DNA of 64,000 nt. Origin: Chrysomallon squamiferum. Taxonomy: Eukaryota; Animalia; Mollusca. The stretch is taken from assembly GCA_012295275.1 (NCBI GenBank), contig CM022665.1, forward strand, positions 29,574,001-29,638,000. Reading direction: 5' to 3'. The position numbers were made by a program, and so were the translations under genes. The notes beneath the pieces were generated by a model. That model saw only the letters and a program-made list of their open reading frames with translations, was not told the origin of the DNA and ran no database searches. Below, piece by piece: positions 23,495-36,000 of the stretch; the first letter of the stretch is position 1; every line of letters starts with the position of its first letter.

Positions 23495-25314
23495 CTGAAT
23501 ACAACTAATAATAATATATGTTAACATTTAAACATTTTAATTTTTCTTTTTTTTCTTTTTCTTAAGTTACATAGGTAATCTTCATAAACTTGACTTTGGT
23601 TTCTAGTAGCACAGAGGTCAAGTCTTTGGTAAATTTCGTTATAAATATTTTTCTTAATACCCAAATAGTAGTTTGTATACTGAGTAAACTATTGTAACTG
23701 TATATTTATTTATTTATGATTTGTTTGTTTTTTTGTTGTTTTTTTTAAATTTCTGATAAAATATTTAATATGGACAATGTAGTCAATAAATAAAAAATAG
23801 TCTTTTTGTACGTTTTCAACAAATATGTTATATATAATAAAATATCTTGAAACCAATGAATACAGTGAAATATCTTCTTTTTTTTTTTTTCATCTCGCCT
23901 GGTTGTTCCCTATATGTATGTTTAATGTTTATGATCTGAATATTATTAATAATACTTATATCAATCAAAATGTCATCTGCCAACATACATTTAACATGAC
24001 CACGTAGAACAAAGTGTTTATTTCTTTTCTTTTCTTTATATCGTTATTTTTTCTTTATTTATTATCTTTTTTCTTCTTTAAATTTCCTCAAATAGTGTCG
24101 AACCCACTAAAAAAAAAAAAAAAAAAAAAAGTACAAATGGCAGATTGTTATCATTGTGTGGCTACTATTGTTAGAACTACTTGCATGAAATAAATATTCT
24201 TTTGTATTTCTTTCTTTCTTTCTTTCTTTCCCCCCTGTTTTTCTAGTTTGGTTCTGCAAATTTAAACTCACATAAATATATACTGTGTATGAATTCAAAG
24301 CAAGAAGATTAAATTTGGAGTGTGAGCACCAAATTGGAGAACAGATCCAATGTAGATTTTTAGTTAGTCCGACAAATCAAGAAAATTTATGGTAAAAAGC
24401 GGACTTTTTCTATTATTTTAAATTAAAGCATTTTCAGGCCATTTTTTTTGTATTCGTTTGGCATTTTATAAATAATTGACAATGCTTTTAGACACAGTAT
24501 AAAGACTTCACAATTTTTCTAGTGGGCTCAGTGCATTCAGAATAGAATCGTGTTATTAGACAACCATTTATATGATTTTTTTTTATTCGTGTCCGAGTTG
24601 ATTTTATGGACATTACAACGAAATCCCGAAACTTCCAAGTTGATCATTGGCTAACAGCAATAGTTCAAAGAATGTAATGGCTGATATATAAATAAAGTTT
24701 ACTGTAGGCCTACTGTTACTGTTACGAAAGTAACGTACTTAACTATAGATTATTTTATTGTATACGCAATGGGCGAACGGTATACCATATAAAAATATTA
24801 CGAATAATGGTTTTAAATTTGTCTGTCAAAAAACCATTTTCGATTTCTGTGTAGGGAGATAATTCTGTCATAACGGGATTAACATAATACCAACATTTAG
24901 AAAATGTTTATTAAAATCTTTGTTGGTCTTATTTAAGCAAAACATATTGGAAAATATTACACGATAAAAATTACAATGTGAATGGTGTACGTAACTAATA
25001 TGAATACAGTTTAGTCAACAAAACACATAGTAGCAGTTTCTTATAAATATTAATTCATTGTTACAACAGGCATGTATTAGGGTACGTAACAGTTACTGCA
25101 GTATTTCAGACCCAAAGACAAAAACCCATGCCCGTGTCATGATAAACTGATAAAGAAAATATGGATCAACAAAGTGCTCAATCAGTAAAGTACCGAACGC
25201 ACATGCGCAAGGATTTACTCTGTGATCAGGTATCTCGCTGTACGTTTGCGAAGTACGCCTGCATTCAAGTATTTTATAATTATTATTATTGTTTATAATC
25301 ATTTTATAAACAGT

Positions 25315-27105
25315 TAAATGTTTATTATGGTGTTATCCATCGTGTCGATTATTACAGCAGTTACAAAGTTGACTTCCGGTAATACGTATTAACTGATTTG
25401 TTTTTCTTTTAGAGGACATATGGCTTCTGGGCAAGATCTAACAAATACAATTTGTGAAGATTTTCTCACATGTAAAATTTGTTTCAATACCTACGACAAA
25501 CCAAAGATACTTCCATGTGTCCATACATACTGTTCCTCTTGCATAGAGAAGCTGTTAGAGAATTCTGATAGATCTGGTTCTATTACGTGTCCTGAATGCA
25601 GAGAAAGAGTGACTCTGCCACATGGACTAGTTTCGGATCTTAAAACAAATTTCCTAATCAATGGTCTTGTAGATGTTGTGAAAGTTAAGAATGTCAGTGA
25701 TGTAAAGTGCACAACGTGCAGTTTAAGGGGTAAAGATTTATCTGCAAAAAGTCGTTGTCTAGATTGTGGAGATTACCTGTGTTCAAGTTGTTCTGATGGA
25801 CATAATGCTTCGTCCAGAACTTGGAACCATAAAAAGGTTCTCCTGGAGGACATCAGAAAAGGGAGTTATGACAAAGAACTGAGAAACCTCAACAGGTTAA
25901 CTTGCTCACAACATCATGAAAAGGAAATAGAATATTTTTGTGAGACATGCCAAACACCTATGTGTTTAGCTTGTGTTCTTGTTTCTCATCACGATCACAA
26001 ATGTATAACAGCCACAGAGGCAGTCACAGCTCAGAAAAATAAACTTGTCAACCACGTGGTTAAGGTAAAAGAGAAACTTGAACTGCTTAAAACAGAAAAA
26101 AAGAAAGCTTGTGAAAATCTTGAAAATCTAAAAACAATTCAGTCTGAAAAAATCAGAAATACAGAGAAAATAGTGGATGCAGTTATTGCTAAAATAGAAA
26201 CTCGCAGAAAGCAGTCAATTCTTGAACTGCAGAAGAAGATGGGAAAAAAGCTGGAACAAAGCCAGTCACTATTAGAAAATACGGAAAAGAAAATAACTTT
26301 AGCAAACGATTGCTTGGAATTCTGCGAAACAATGATAAATCAAGGTAAAAATGAAGAGATGCTTTACCTAGAAGAAACAATTTCCAAACGACTCCAACAA
26401 CTAGAAAATGTACCTTCTGTTGAAATACCATCAAATAAAGGAGATACTGAAGAGGAGGCAGCGTTTGTAAATGATTTCCAGAACACAATGCAACAAATAG
26501 ATACACTGTTCAGTGGATCTGATTCTTCAAAAGCAGTATGTCCAGCTTTGCAGGATCAGACAAAAGACATTAAAAAAGTTGTCTTCAAACTGTTACGTGT
26601 TTTTGATACTGAGTGTGAAACTGATAAGAAATTACCAGATGTGAAAGGCATTGCCATCAAAGAAAACATTATCTTCGTTGCTGATAATGCAAACAAGAAA
26701 ATTAAATGTATCACAACACAGGGTGTTCTACAGAAATGTCTTGAAGTTGATGAAGATTTTTCACCTTTTGCTGTAGCTGTTTGTGAAGATGTCATTGCTG
26801 TTGTGCACAGAAACTTTCTGTTTTTCTTCAAAGAAAATGGCAAAAGAATACAAAAGGTTGAATTTACGTCAAAACCAAAAGAATGGTCTGGAGTTCGTTT
26901 CACATTTGCTCTTGCTAATTACAGAAATGAAGGTTTTATTGTAGGAAATTTGCCTGATAATCATTTTCGAGTGTTCTCAAAGGATGGAAAGCTGTTAAAA
27001 CGATTCGTTGTAGGTTTACGCTCTCCTTTAGCAAATATCAGTATTGATCACAATGGAAATCTTATTACCTGTGAATGGGGAGATAATTCTGTGAAGGTTC
27101 GCACA
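25315..27105 (+). repeat. Right arm of the ~1.79 kb inverted repeat (partner 11102-12892)
   Basis: Identity ends abruptly after gtgaaggttcgcaca (27105 / 11102). Confidence 0.95.
25372..25380. promoter_or_regulatory. ETS-type motif (ACTTCCGGT) just upstream of both twin TRIM starts (also ~12827-12835)
   Basis: Matches the CCGGAAGT consensus ~40 bp before the ATG and is retained in both arms. Function not shown. Confidence 0.35.
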
Positions 27106-27381
27106 GGTCTTGGAGAAATAATTACAAATTTTCAGTTAAGTTCAAGCTGGAAGCCAAATGCAGCAAATAGTGACAGAAATGGATTTATTTATGCTGTTAA
27201 CAGTTTTAGAGCTTTGATATCTGTGTTTGACCAATATGGCAACATTAAACTCAGTCATGCAACAAAACCAGATGGTTTGCTAAACCCAGTAAATCTTGTT
27301 TTTGATGGTGATGGTTTAATGTATGTGGTCAGTGAATCAGGGCAGATTAATACATATGAAGTAAAAGTTGTCAGTGACTGA
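25420..27381 (+). CDS. TRIM-NHL E3 ubiquitin ligase, copy B, 653 aa, single coding exon
   Basis: Same domain architecture as copy A. About 96% identical to A over aa 1-562 and ~43% identical over aa 563-653. Confidence 0.93.
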   Translation: MASGQDLTNTICEDFLTCKICFNTYDKPKILPCVHTYCSSCIEKLLENSDRSGSITCPECRERVTLPHGLVSDLKTNFLINGLVDVVKVKNVSDVKCTTCSLRGKDLSAKSRCLDCGDYLCSSCSDGHNASSRTWNHKKVLLEDIRKGSYDKELRNLNRLTCSQHHEKEIEYFCETCQTPMCLACVLVSHHDHKCITATEAVTAQKNKLVNHVVKVKEKLELLKTEKKKACENLENLKTIQSEKIRNTEKIVDAVIAKIETRRKQSILELQKKMGKKLEQSQSLLENTEKKITLANDCLEFCETMINQGKNEEMLYLEETISKRLQQLENVPSVEIPSNKGDTEEEAAFVNDFQNTMQQIDTLFSGSDSSKAVCPALQDQTKDIKKVVFKLLRVFDTECETDKKLPDVKGIAIKENIIFVADNANKKIKCITTQGVLQKCLEVDEDFSPFAVAVCEDVIAVVHRNFLFFFKENGKRIQKVEFTSKPKEWSGVRFTFALANYRNEGFIVGNLPDNHFRVFSKDGKLLKRFVVGLRSPLANISIDHNGNLITCEWGDNSVKVRTGLGEIITNFQLSSSWKPNAANSDRNGFIYAVNSFRALISVFDQYGNIKLSHATKPDGLLNPVNLVFDGDGLMYVVSESGQINTYEVKVVSD

Positions 27382-27498
27382 TGAACTGTTCAGGTGCATA
27401 GTTGTATGAAATATTGATTTTGATTCACAAAACTTAGATTCTAATGTTTGACATGTTCACTACTTGGTTTTCACCCCCCTCCTTTTTGGTGAGGCGGA

Positions 27499-27600
27499 AA
27501 TAAAAGATCCCTTGCTGCTAACTGAAAAGATGTAGCCCATTAAGTATCTTTTTTTGGAAGATACAGTTCAACTGCAGATTAAAATGTGTTTAGTGCAAGT
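27499..27600 (+). mobile_element. Degenerate SINE fragment, same family as 4771-4875
   Basis: aataaaagatcccttgctgctaac.gaaaagatgtagcccat and the downstream taaaatgtgtttagtgc match a recalled molluscan SINE body and tail. A second copy exists in this window. Confidence 0.6.
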
Positions 27601-29294
27601 CTAGCCATAAAATACACAACAGATTTGCACATGTAATCCACCAAAACAATCAATGATAGATGTATAAAAAAAATAGCTGTACAGCTATTAATTATATCAA
27701 AAATGGTATAAACAGTGACAGTCTGTACTAATGTCCAATATTTTTACATCCACCAAAGTTTTATTGTAATAAAATTTAACTGAACTTACCAACTGTACAG
27801 AGAACAAACTCTTGTAAATGTATAATCGACACAAAAAAAAAAAAAAAATCATCTTTCTAAAGATGGTTCAGTTTTAAGTAATTTCATTCCTGTCAGTGCA
27901 GGAGTAGTTGTGACAGTAAATGCATTTTAAAGCAGCTGAAGGTTAGATTATTATCATTTCAGTAGGTGTAGGAGCAGGAATTAATTTGTGAAGAAAACCT
28001 TATTTATTGTAAATATGGTCCAACTTCAGATATACTGAAAGACATTTTTATTAATGCTAAAAAAATTGTTCTTGGATCATGATAGTAGACAGTTTTGTTT
28101 TTATTTTTTAATTGTGTACCAATAAGCTGTGGCTTAGTGAACTGTATCTGGAGTACAAAACTGTTTGCAGGATCAGATTCCTCTAGGTGACCACTGGTCT
28201 GTTTCACATTCCACCCATGATTTTTTTATCAAGAGCCATATTGTGCCATTTTCATGTCTTTAAGTAAGTGCTTATGAAAGTTCTTTGTTGCTAAGAGTAA
28301 CAATAGCTCCTTAAGTGATAACAGTGTATTGCACATAAAACGCATATTTGGTACTGGAATAAATTACTGTTAAAACAGATGTGGTTTGATTTTGTAGAAA
28401 TTAATTGTAGCAGGATGTGGGGTGGAATATTAATTATATAATATCTTCTATGATGTAATTCAGTAGATACATTAATATAAATGTTACATTTTGTTTTTTT
28501 GAAAACTACCAACTGATGTGTTTTTCTAGCAACAACACATTTTCAGCCTATGATTCCTATAATAATTTGACACTTTTATGAGTGATCTAACCCAAACTAA
28601 TTTTCAAGTAATAACAAATCATGATCAACGGTTAAATGTACTGTAGCCATGAGGATTATGTCAACATCACATAAATTTATGTCTATTTAACATGGTACAG
28701 AATTAAATGATTTGGAATTTTAAAAATAAATTTTGTCCTTTGTTTCTAACTATAATCACAGAGATGCAGTTGAGTGTGTGTGTCTGTGTCTCTGAGAGTG
28801 TTTAACTGGGGAATTCGTCACTGGAATGTGGATCACAGCTGCCTGCTATCAGTGACATATACAATATAACAACAAAATATGTTTTAAAATAATAAAAACT
28901 ATTTATTAAAACTGCAACAACAGAATATATATATATGTAATTTGCACAGTTCACATAAACTGCTTTGGAAGCAGAATTGATAATTAAAAGATAATGTGAA
29001 TTTGTTTACATAGCAAACAAATAGTTCAAATAAGTTTTTAATATTTATATAATGAAACAGATTGGATAGATTTGTATTATGTAGAAACATTTCTGAAATT
29101 AAGCTGAACTTAATAACAGAATCACTGAACTACTTAAAAAATAATATGTGACCTAGTTATCTTCTTGTCAAAACTGAAAAAAATAAAATAAGAATTTAAA
29201 ATGCAAAACAATGTCATTTTAGGAACTATTGAAAAATGATGTATTTTAAAAACAATTTTTAGTTTATTCTGAATCAACAAGAAATCATTTAAAC

Positions 29295-29726
29295 CAGGGT
29301 GTGCAACCTGTGGTCATATGGCCTCATGCGGGTATGGGAAGGATGTCACCTCATCACATTTAACATCTCATTTGAAATATAACGTGGCTGTGTGTCAGTA
29401 TAAATGCTCATACTCCATGAATTTCCAATGACTGTTAGATGCTGTACACAATAAGGTGTCCAGAATTCATTTTATGATCTGACAATTTTAAAGTTATTTA
29501 ATAAAAGTAAATAATATTAACTGTTTTATTTGGACTTTAATAGGAATCATAGAAAGATGAAGTCAGTTCTCATGGAAACATGTAAATGCATCCATTATTT
29601 ATGTGCAGAATTTTAAGTCACTGAGGTTCACTGTTAGAAAATTATGGAAAATCATATATGTTACACCATAGTGCCAGTGAAGTTAAAGTGCAGTGGCCTG
29701 TAAGATCAGAAAGCTTGCACACCCTG
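29295..29726. mobile_element. hAT MITE, 432 bp
   Basis: Perfect 12-bp TIR cagggtgtgcaa / ttgcacaccctg and perfect 8-bp TSD atttaaac on both sides. Confidence 0.93.
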
Positions 29727-31257
29727 ATTTAAACAATAAAACAAATGGCAACAGGGAACTGGACAAATTTTAAAAGTAAAAAGAAAAAGTTTATCGGTAG
29801 CTGGCTAAATGTTACAACCCATCAAACTCTTTAAACAACCATTTTGATCATACTGACATCCAAAGAATGGAGAATAAAACAAACAACCCAGCTAAATCAT
29901 GAATGGAATATTGAAATGCAGTATATGTTTCTGTATTAATTTATATTATGTATAATGTACTTCATTTTCTCAAATAAAATGGTGTTCAGCTAATAAGCAG
30001 ATAGTCAAAACTGCATCAGAATTGCATTCACAAAGCTGGCAATATCAAATCAGAATAAAAAACAAAAACAAACAAGATTTATTAATAAAAGAATTAAAAT
30101 GAAAAAAAAAAAAAATATACATGTGTTTTGATAAATATATGACCAAAGAAATAAGCAACAGATCATAATAAATAATTACAAAAAATTTTGTCAATGAATA
30201 TTCTCAAATCATTTACTGATAACAATAAAAGAGATTACACAATTATAGAAATAATAAATGTGAAGAATAACAAAAATATTTAAAAAAAAAAAATAATAAT
30301 AATTTCGATACAGAAATAGATACAAATAAGATTAGTACAGTTGGTAAGTACTGTATTATGTCAAATGTAACATTAAAAAAAAAAAAAATGTGAAGAAAAA
30401 AAATATATGCAACATGGTAATAATATAACATGAACGCTAGAAACTTCATTATGAATATGCAATTTACAAACAAATGAAACAGCAAATTGCTTTTATTATT
30501 TAAAAATTCCCCAGAATACTTTTTTCTTTAGAAACTGTACAGTGTATCATATTGATACTTCAAACATTTTATGCCAACTGCATTGATGTATATTAACACC
30601 ACCACATTTGCTCATTAATTACCCCAAAATTAAAAATTAATAAAATAAACTCCTTGTAAAAAAAGAGAACAACACAGTAAACTAAATCCTTAATAAATCT
30701 GAGTTATTAAAAAGCCAAACTGTATGCTTCGTTCACAACTATGATCAAATAAAACTGAAAAAAATATGGAAATAATGTAATAAAACTGAAAAAAGAACTC
30801 TGAAATAAACTGTGCTCTGAAACAGAACTATTGATTAAAAAGAACTAGACAGATGGGGTAGAAAAAAAAAAAAATAATAATAAAAAATAAAAAAAAATAA
30901 TGAATAGCAGTAATAATAATAATTATTTTTAAAAACAAAATTCAACCAGTGTTCCTTAAACATTATTTATGAATACTGTAAAGAAAATATTTAGGAATGT
31001 AAGAACAAATAATAAATTAATAAATAAATATTTTAAAGTAAAAATAAAAACTGGGACCCCAAGTGTAATTATTTGAAGCCTTTATGTGGAACATTTCAAA
31101 AAGTCCACAAAAATGACACCAGCAGGTTAAAAATACTCTTTCCTCTCTAATAGTTTTGAGCTACATTCAAACCTGTCTTTTCTTCTTTAAATCTGTGTAC
31201 AGATCATTCTGTCTGTGAGAAAAGGCAGTATTAACAGCAGGTAATTCCACTGGAAGA

Positions 31258-32678
31258 TCATTCAGTTTTGTGAAAATCATCTATTTTCCCAATTATTTCA
31301 GCATGTTCAATATTTTGGAATATCTCAGATTTTTCATAACGTCTTTGACGGATTGTTGGGGCATCACCATCGTCATCAGGGCTTGGTTTAGTGTCATCCA
31401 ATATGTCTGACTCATCATCCTGCAAAAATACAAATATTAAATAAAACAAAAAGTTGCTGTTCTTTTGAAATCTTGTCTGCTGAAATGAGCTGTATCCAAG
31501 TTTTTACTGCATTTGTACAATATACGCGATGCTACGGAAATCAGAAATACTAGTTCGGATAGCTACAAAGTTTAAAAAAATACTGGAAATGTAAAAGTTA
31601 CTCAACTGCAGAGACTGCAGAAAACAGAAATGTAATTGAAATACATTTATCTATTTACCATAAATACCTAAACATATATATTTTTTGTATCAGGATAAAT
31701 AGGATATTTCAGATAACAACCAAGAAAAATATGCAATGTATATAAGAACTTAACACATTTAAATGACACAGATATTTGTTAGGTGTTATCTCAAACTAAA
31801 CTAAAAAGTGCTTTCTAATATTAAATTCCTAGTAATGGAGCCAAGTGTTTGTTCTAGTGAAGACTCACAGTAATATAGATTAAGTCTGCAGTGAATCATG
31901 AGACATTTCTTACAATTTATAGTTAGGAAATGTTTATTTACTGTAAAACAAAGCACCCAAATACAATACCATCTCCCTACCCAATTATTAAGAAACATGC
32001 AAAATATATCATGTCTATTCACACAATACAAAATACACTTTACAGAGTAATTATTTTACCTGTACCAGATTATTGTCACTGACTTCGATGATTTGGCTGT
32101 ATTTTGGTGGATATATGAAATCACATAAACAAACTATAATCTGAAAATAGATTAAGATTATATATATAAATTTTTAATAACATTTGACAAAAATATGAGT
32201 ATTACAAATAAAAATTAAACTAAAAAAGTTATACCATTACAATTTAAAAGATTAAGGGGAGATAACCAACCAATTAAGGGTTGATGTTTGAAAACGCCAA
32301 ACCAACTAGATCATTTAAAAGCAATTTAATGATAATCTTGGTCTCTATTTTACATTTCTCTTGTTCACCCATGAAAAAAGGAACTTTCTGTTTAAAGTCT
32401 GTTGTATTAAAATGCCCACAAAGAGTTGTATAAGTTAAAGTATCACAAATTAAAATTATATTACATACTGACATACCAACATAAAATGTTTGAAAACTGT
32501 CGATATATATAAAGCCTTTTTTCAATGATTAATTTTGTTAATTATAATTAATTAAATTTCATATACACACCAGCCCAAGAAGCAGTCCAGAAATGATAGT
32601 AATCACAGCAAATATCAAGTAACAACCCCATTCAGGAACTCCATACTCTGAAACCATTGTGTTGTAGAAAGACTGCAA

Positions 32679-32728
<50 letters not shown>

Positions 32729-33062
32729 TAACAATAACAATAACAATAACAATAACAATAATAATAACACCCACCTACATCCCCCCCCAAAAAAAAAAAT
32801 CACAACATAAATTAACCAAAAACCACATAATCTTAAAACTAATATATTTTTGAAAATTAAATTCTGTAAATCTGATTTTAAACCTATGACAAGAGAAACC
32901 AACGAAATGTATGAGTTATTTGTTATAATACTTACCCTGATACCCATGGCCATCTTAAAAAACCATGAAACTGTTGACATTCTAAAAAAAAAAACAATAA
33001 GCTATAGTTTTCAACTTGCAGTTACAATTTTCTTTTAAAAAGCTGAATTTAAAAAAAAATAA

Positions 33063-33094
<32 letters not shown>

Positions 33095-36000
33095 TAATAA
33101 ATAACATTATATAATTCAACAATATTATTAACTTTACTTCCACTATTTTCAAATAAAATAAATTTTACCATCAGATGCATCTCATAAGATTTAATATGTA
33201 TTAGATCAGTGTTTATAACCTATAATTAAACAACATCATAAACCTTTATTTTGATGGCATTAAATGATTAATAAAAAATATATTTCTTTTTTTACTTATT
33301 TTTAAATATATTTGAAATAATATTGCAGGATTTATAACATCTTCAAATTAATATAAAAGTAAAATATTTTCTAATTAAAAATAATTAAATAATTAAATAA
33401 CCCAATATAAAAATTTAAAAAAAAATAATAATAAAAAGAAGTACTCAAAAAACAAACCATCAACATCTCCCCACAAAAAAATATAATAGTAGTAATAATA
33501 AAATATGACTTTTAAAACTCACTGAATAGAATTAGGATTCCAAACACCAGTAATTGGTTCGTAAGCTGTCCATTTTTTGTCATCAACGTAACCGATTAGA
33601 TCATTTTCAGATCTTGGTCCAACATATTGGCGAAAAACTCCATCTTTCACACTGAGGACGGAAAAGTAATTATATTTACCAGTTACAAAAAAACAAAAAA
33701 AAACAAAAAAAAACCCCAATAAAATATAAAAATAAAATAAAAAGACAGAAAGAAAGAAAAGAAAGATTAATAATGCTAATGGTGCAAATGTAAGACTAAT
33801 ATATATTTAACATCTCAACACAGTTTTATATTACTGATAACTGGACTTGTGTCAAACTTACAATTTGGTAAACAAACCAGAAAAAACTGTTACTGCCACT
33901 GCTGAGTCTACTTAGTAATAAATACTGAATGATGTGAATATATTAATAAATAAATATTTTGTCACCTTTTATTAAAATATTATTGGCATCAACCTGTTAA
34001 TATATTGTTTTATTTATTAGTGATAATTAAAAAATGGGCACTGGCTGGAATATGATATAAAGTATGCTGAGGAGGACTGATCTTGTAGTCTATTATTACT
34101 TTAAAGATGGTTCACTATATATATATAAAAACAAACATTAATTTATCTCAAGTGAATAATAATTATAAAACATACTGATAGATTGTTGGCAATGCAGTCA
34201 CAAAGAATCTTCCACTTAGACCTAAAACACAATTACTGCATTAACAGTGAAACAGTAAAATAAAAATAAGTGAAAAAAAGAAAAGAATTAAGAATAATTA
34301 AATATGCAAAAACACACAAAAAATATTTCAAAATAATTAAAATTATTAGTTGTTGAAAAGTTTAATTATGAACCTTAATATATCAGTAGGTGAGCTACTA
34401 TACATACTGCTTTAATGCCAACCTTCAGCTTAAAAAAATGACCATGACAAATGAAGTACAGATGATTATAAATAAATAAATAAATAAATAAAATAAATAT
34501 AGCATAAGAACTGAGAAACTAAATTATAAATTCTGCAGTAATCTTTCAAGGCACTGGTGATTACTGCAGACAGTCACAATGGTAGAAGCTGCAATGGTCC
34601 CAGTATCAGCAATGTAAATACATTTTATATTTTATGATCAGTTTACATCTGAGCAGTATCTTTGAACAAAAATGTAAAAAAGCCTGTACCTGGATTCTGG
34701 GTAACATCAACCACCCCAACTTTAACTTCTAGGTCACGACCCCATTTAGCAAATGATTCCCATGTTTCCTGAAAACTCCGGCAGGCAGGACACCATGGAG
34801 CCATGCTGTATAAAATAAATAAATAAATAATTATTACTATTTCAACCACTGACAATATGATTACTGTTCCAGTATAAAGGAAATATATAATAGTAAGCGC
34901 TATTCTGACAACTGAACTAATTATTTTATCAAAATTATTACAAGCTGTGCACACTACAAATGGCGTTTTCTGGACTGGTCCAAATATAATATTTTAATAA
35001 ATCTATATAACAAACAATATCAGTTCTTGAAATATATACAGTAATTTTGTTTTTCAAATGCACTTATAATAAAAAAATAATTTTAAACAGTATTTTCAGA
35101 GATATTACTCAAAAAGAGTAACTAATTAAACATTTAAAAAAAATAAAAAAAAAAAAAATAATAATAAATAAAAATAATAAACGCAGAAACAGGCTTAAAA
35201 TTTTCAAATGATTTTAAGGTTAAATAACAATTATTTTAGTCCATAAGCCAGACACCGAAATTTGGATTTTTCAGTTTAAACTGGAGAACCTTTTAGTAAA
35301 TCTGATGTCTAAATTGTCAAAAATGAGTTGATGGGCATATCAGAATAGTTTTTTGTGCCCTTTTTGAAAAGGGTCTTCACACCTTTTCATAATGGTAGAG
35401 ACTGGAAAAATAGTTGTAACTTTCAGTCTAATTTATCTAGGAATATGCAATTTGGATTATTTTGTTGTTTCAAATTCTGCACATGCTAACATATAGTTAT
35501 TGATATTTAGTTTATAATGGTGTTAGCAAAATCAAAAACAATTTTCATGATATACCTTCAAAGGTTTTCTGTAATTTTAAATTAAAGCATCATCAGCATC
35601 ATCAGCATCATGTACAATGGTTTATGAGTCATTCATAAAATTGCTAAGTGATGTCCTTGTGGAATTGTATAACTTGTAGACAAGTTATATAAGAGTTTTG
35701 ATGTTTTTCTATGGAATAGTAATACCCAGTAAAACAAAAGCTATTATTATTATTAGACACAATATCATTAGTTCATAGTTTTACAAGTGGGCTCTATATA
35801 TTAAAATCATTATTCATGTTGGTTTTATAGACATTATACAGGAAAATATGAGAATCCCAAATGACCAGTACATAACAGTAGTAGTGTTCAGAGAAAATAA
35901 ACTTTAATCTTATGCATGTTACAAATATGTAACATAAATAAAGATTAGTGCATTTTTACCACAATGGAAGAAATCTGTTTTTTATCTTTATTACATTACA

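Noticed and set aside
10826-27381. Twin TRIMs as an assembly false duplication, or as TRIM9 orthologs (TRIM9 neighbours TMX1 in human)
   Set aside because: The copies carry scattered differences, distinct in-frame tails and distinct flanks, which argues against a simple false duplication. They have NHL rather than FN3/SPRY domains, so they are not TRIM9.
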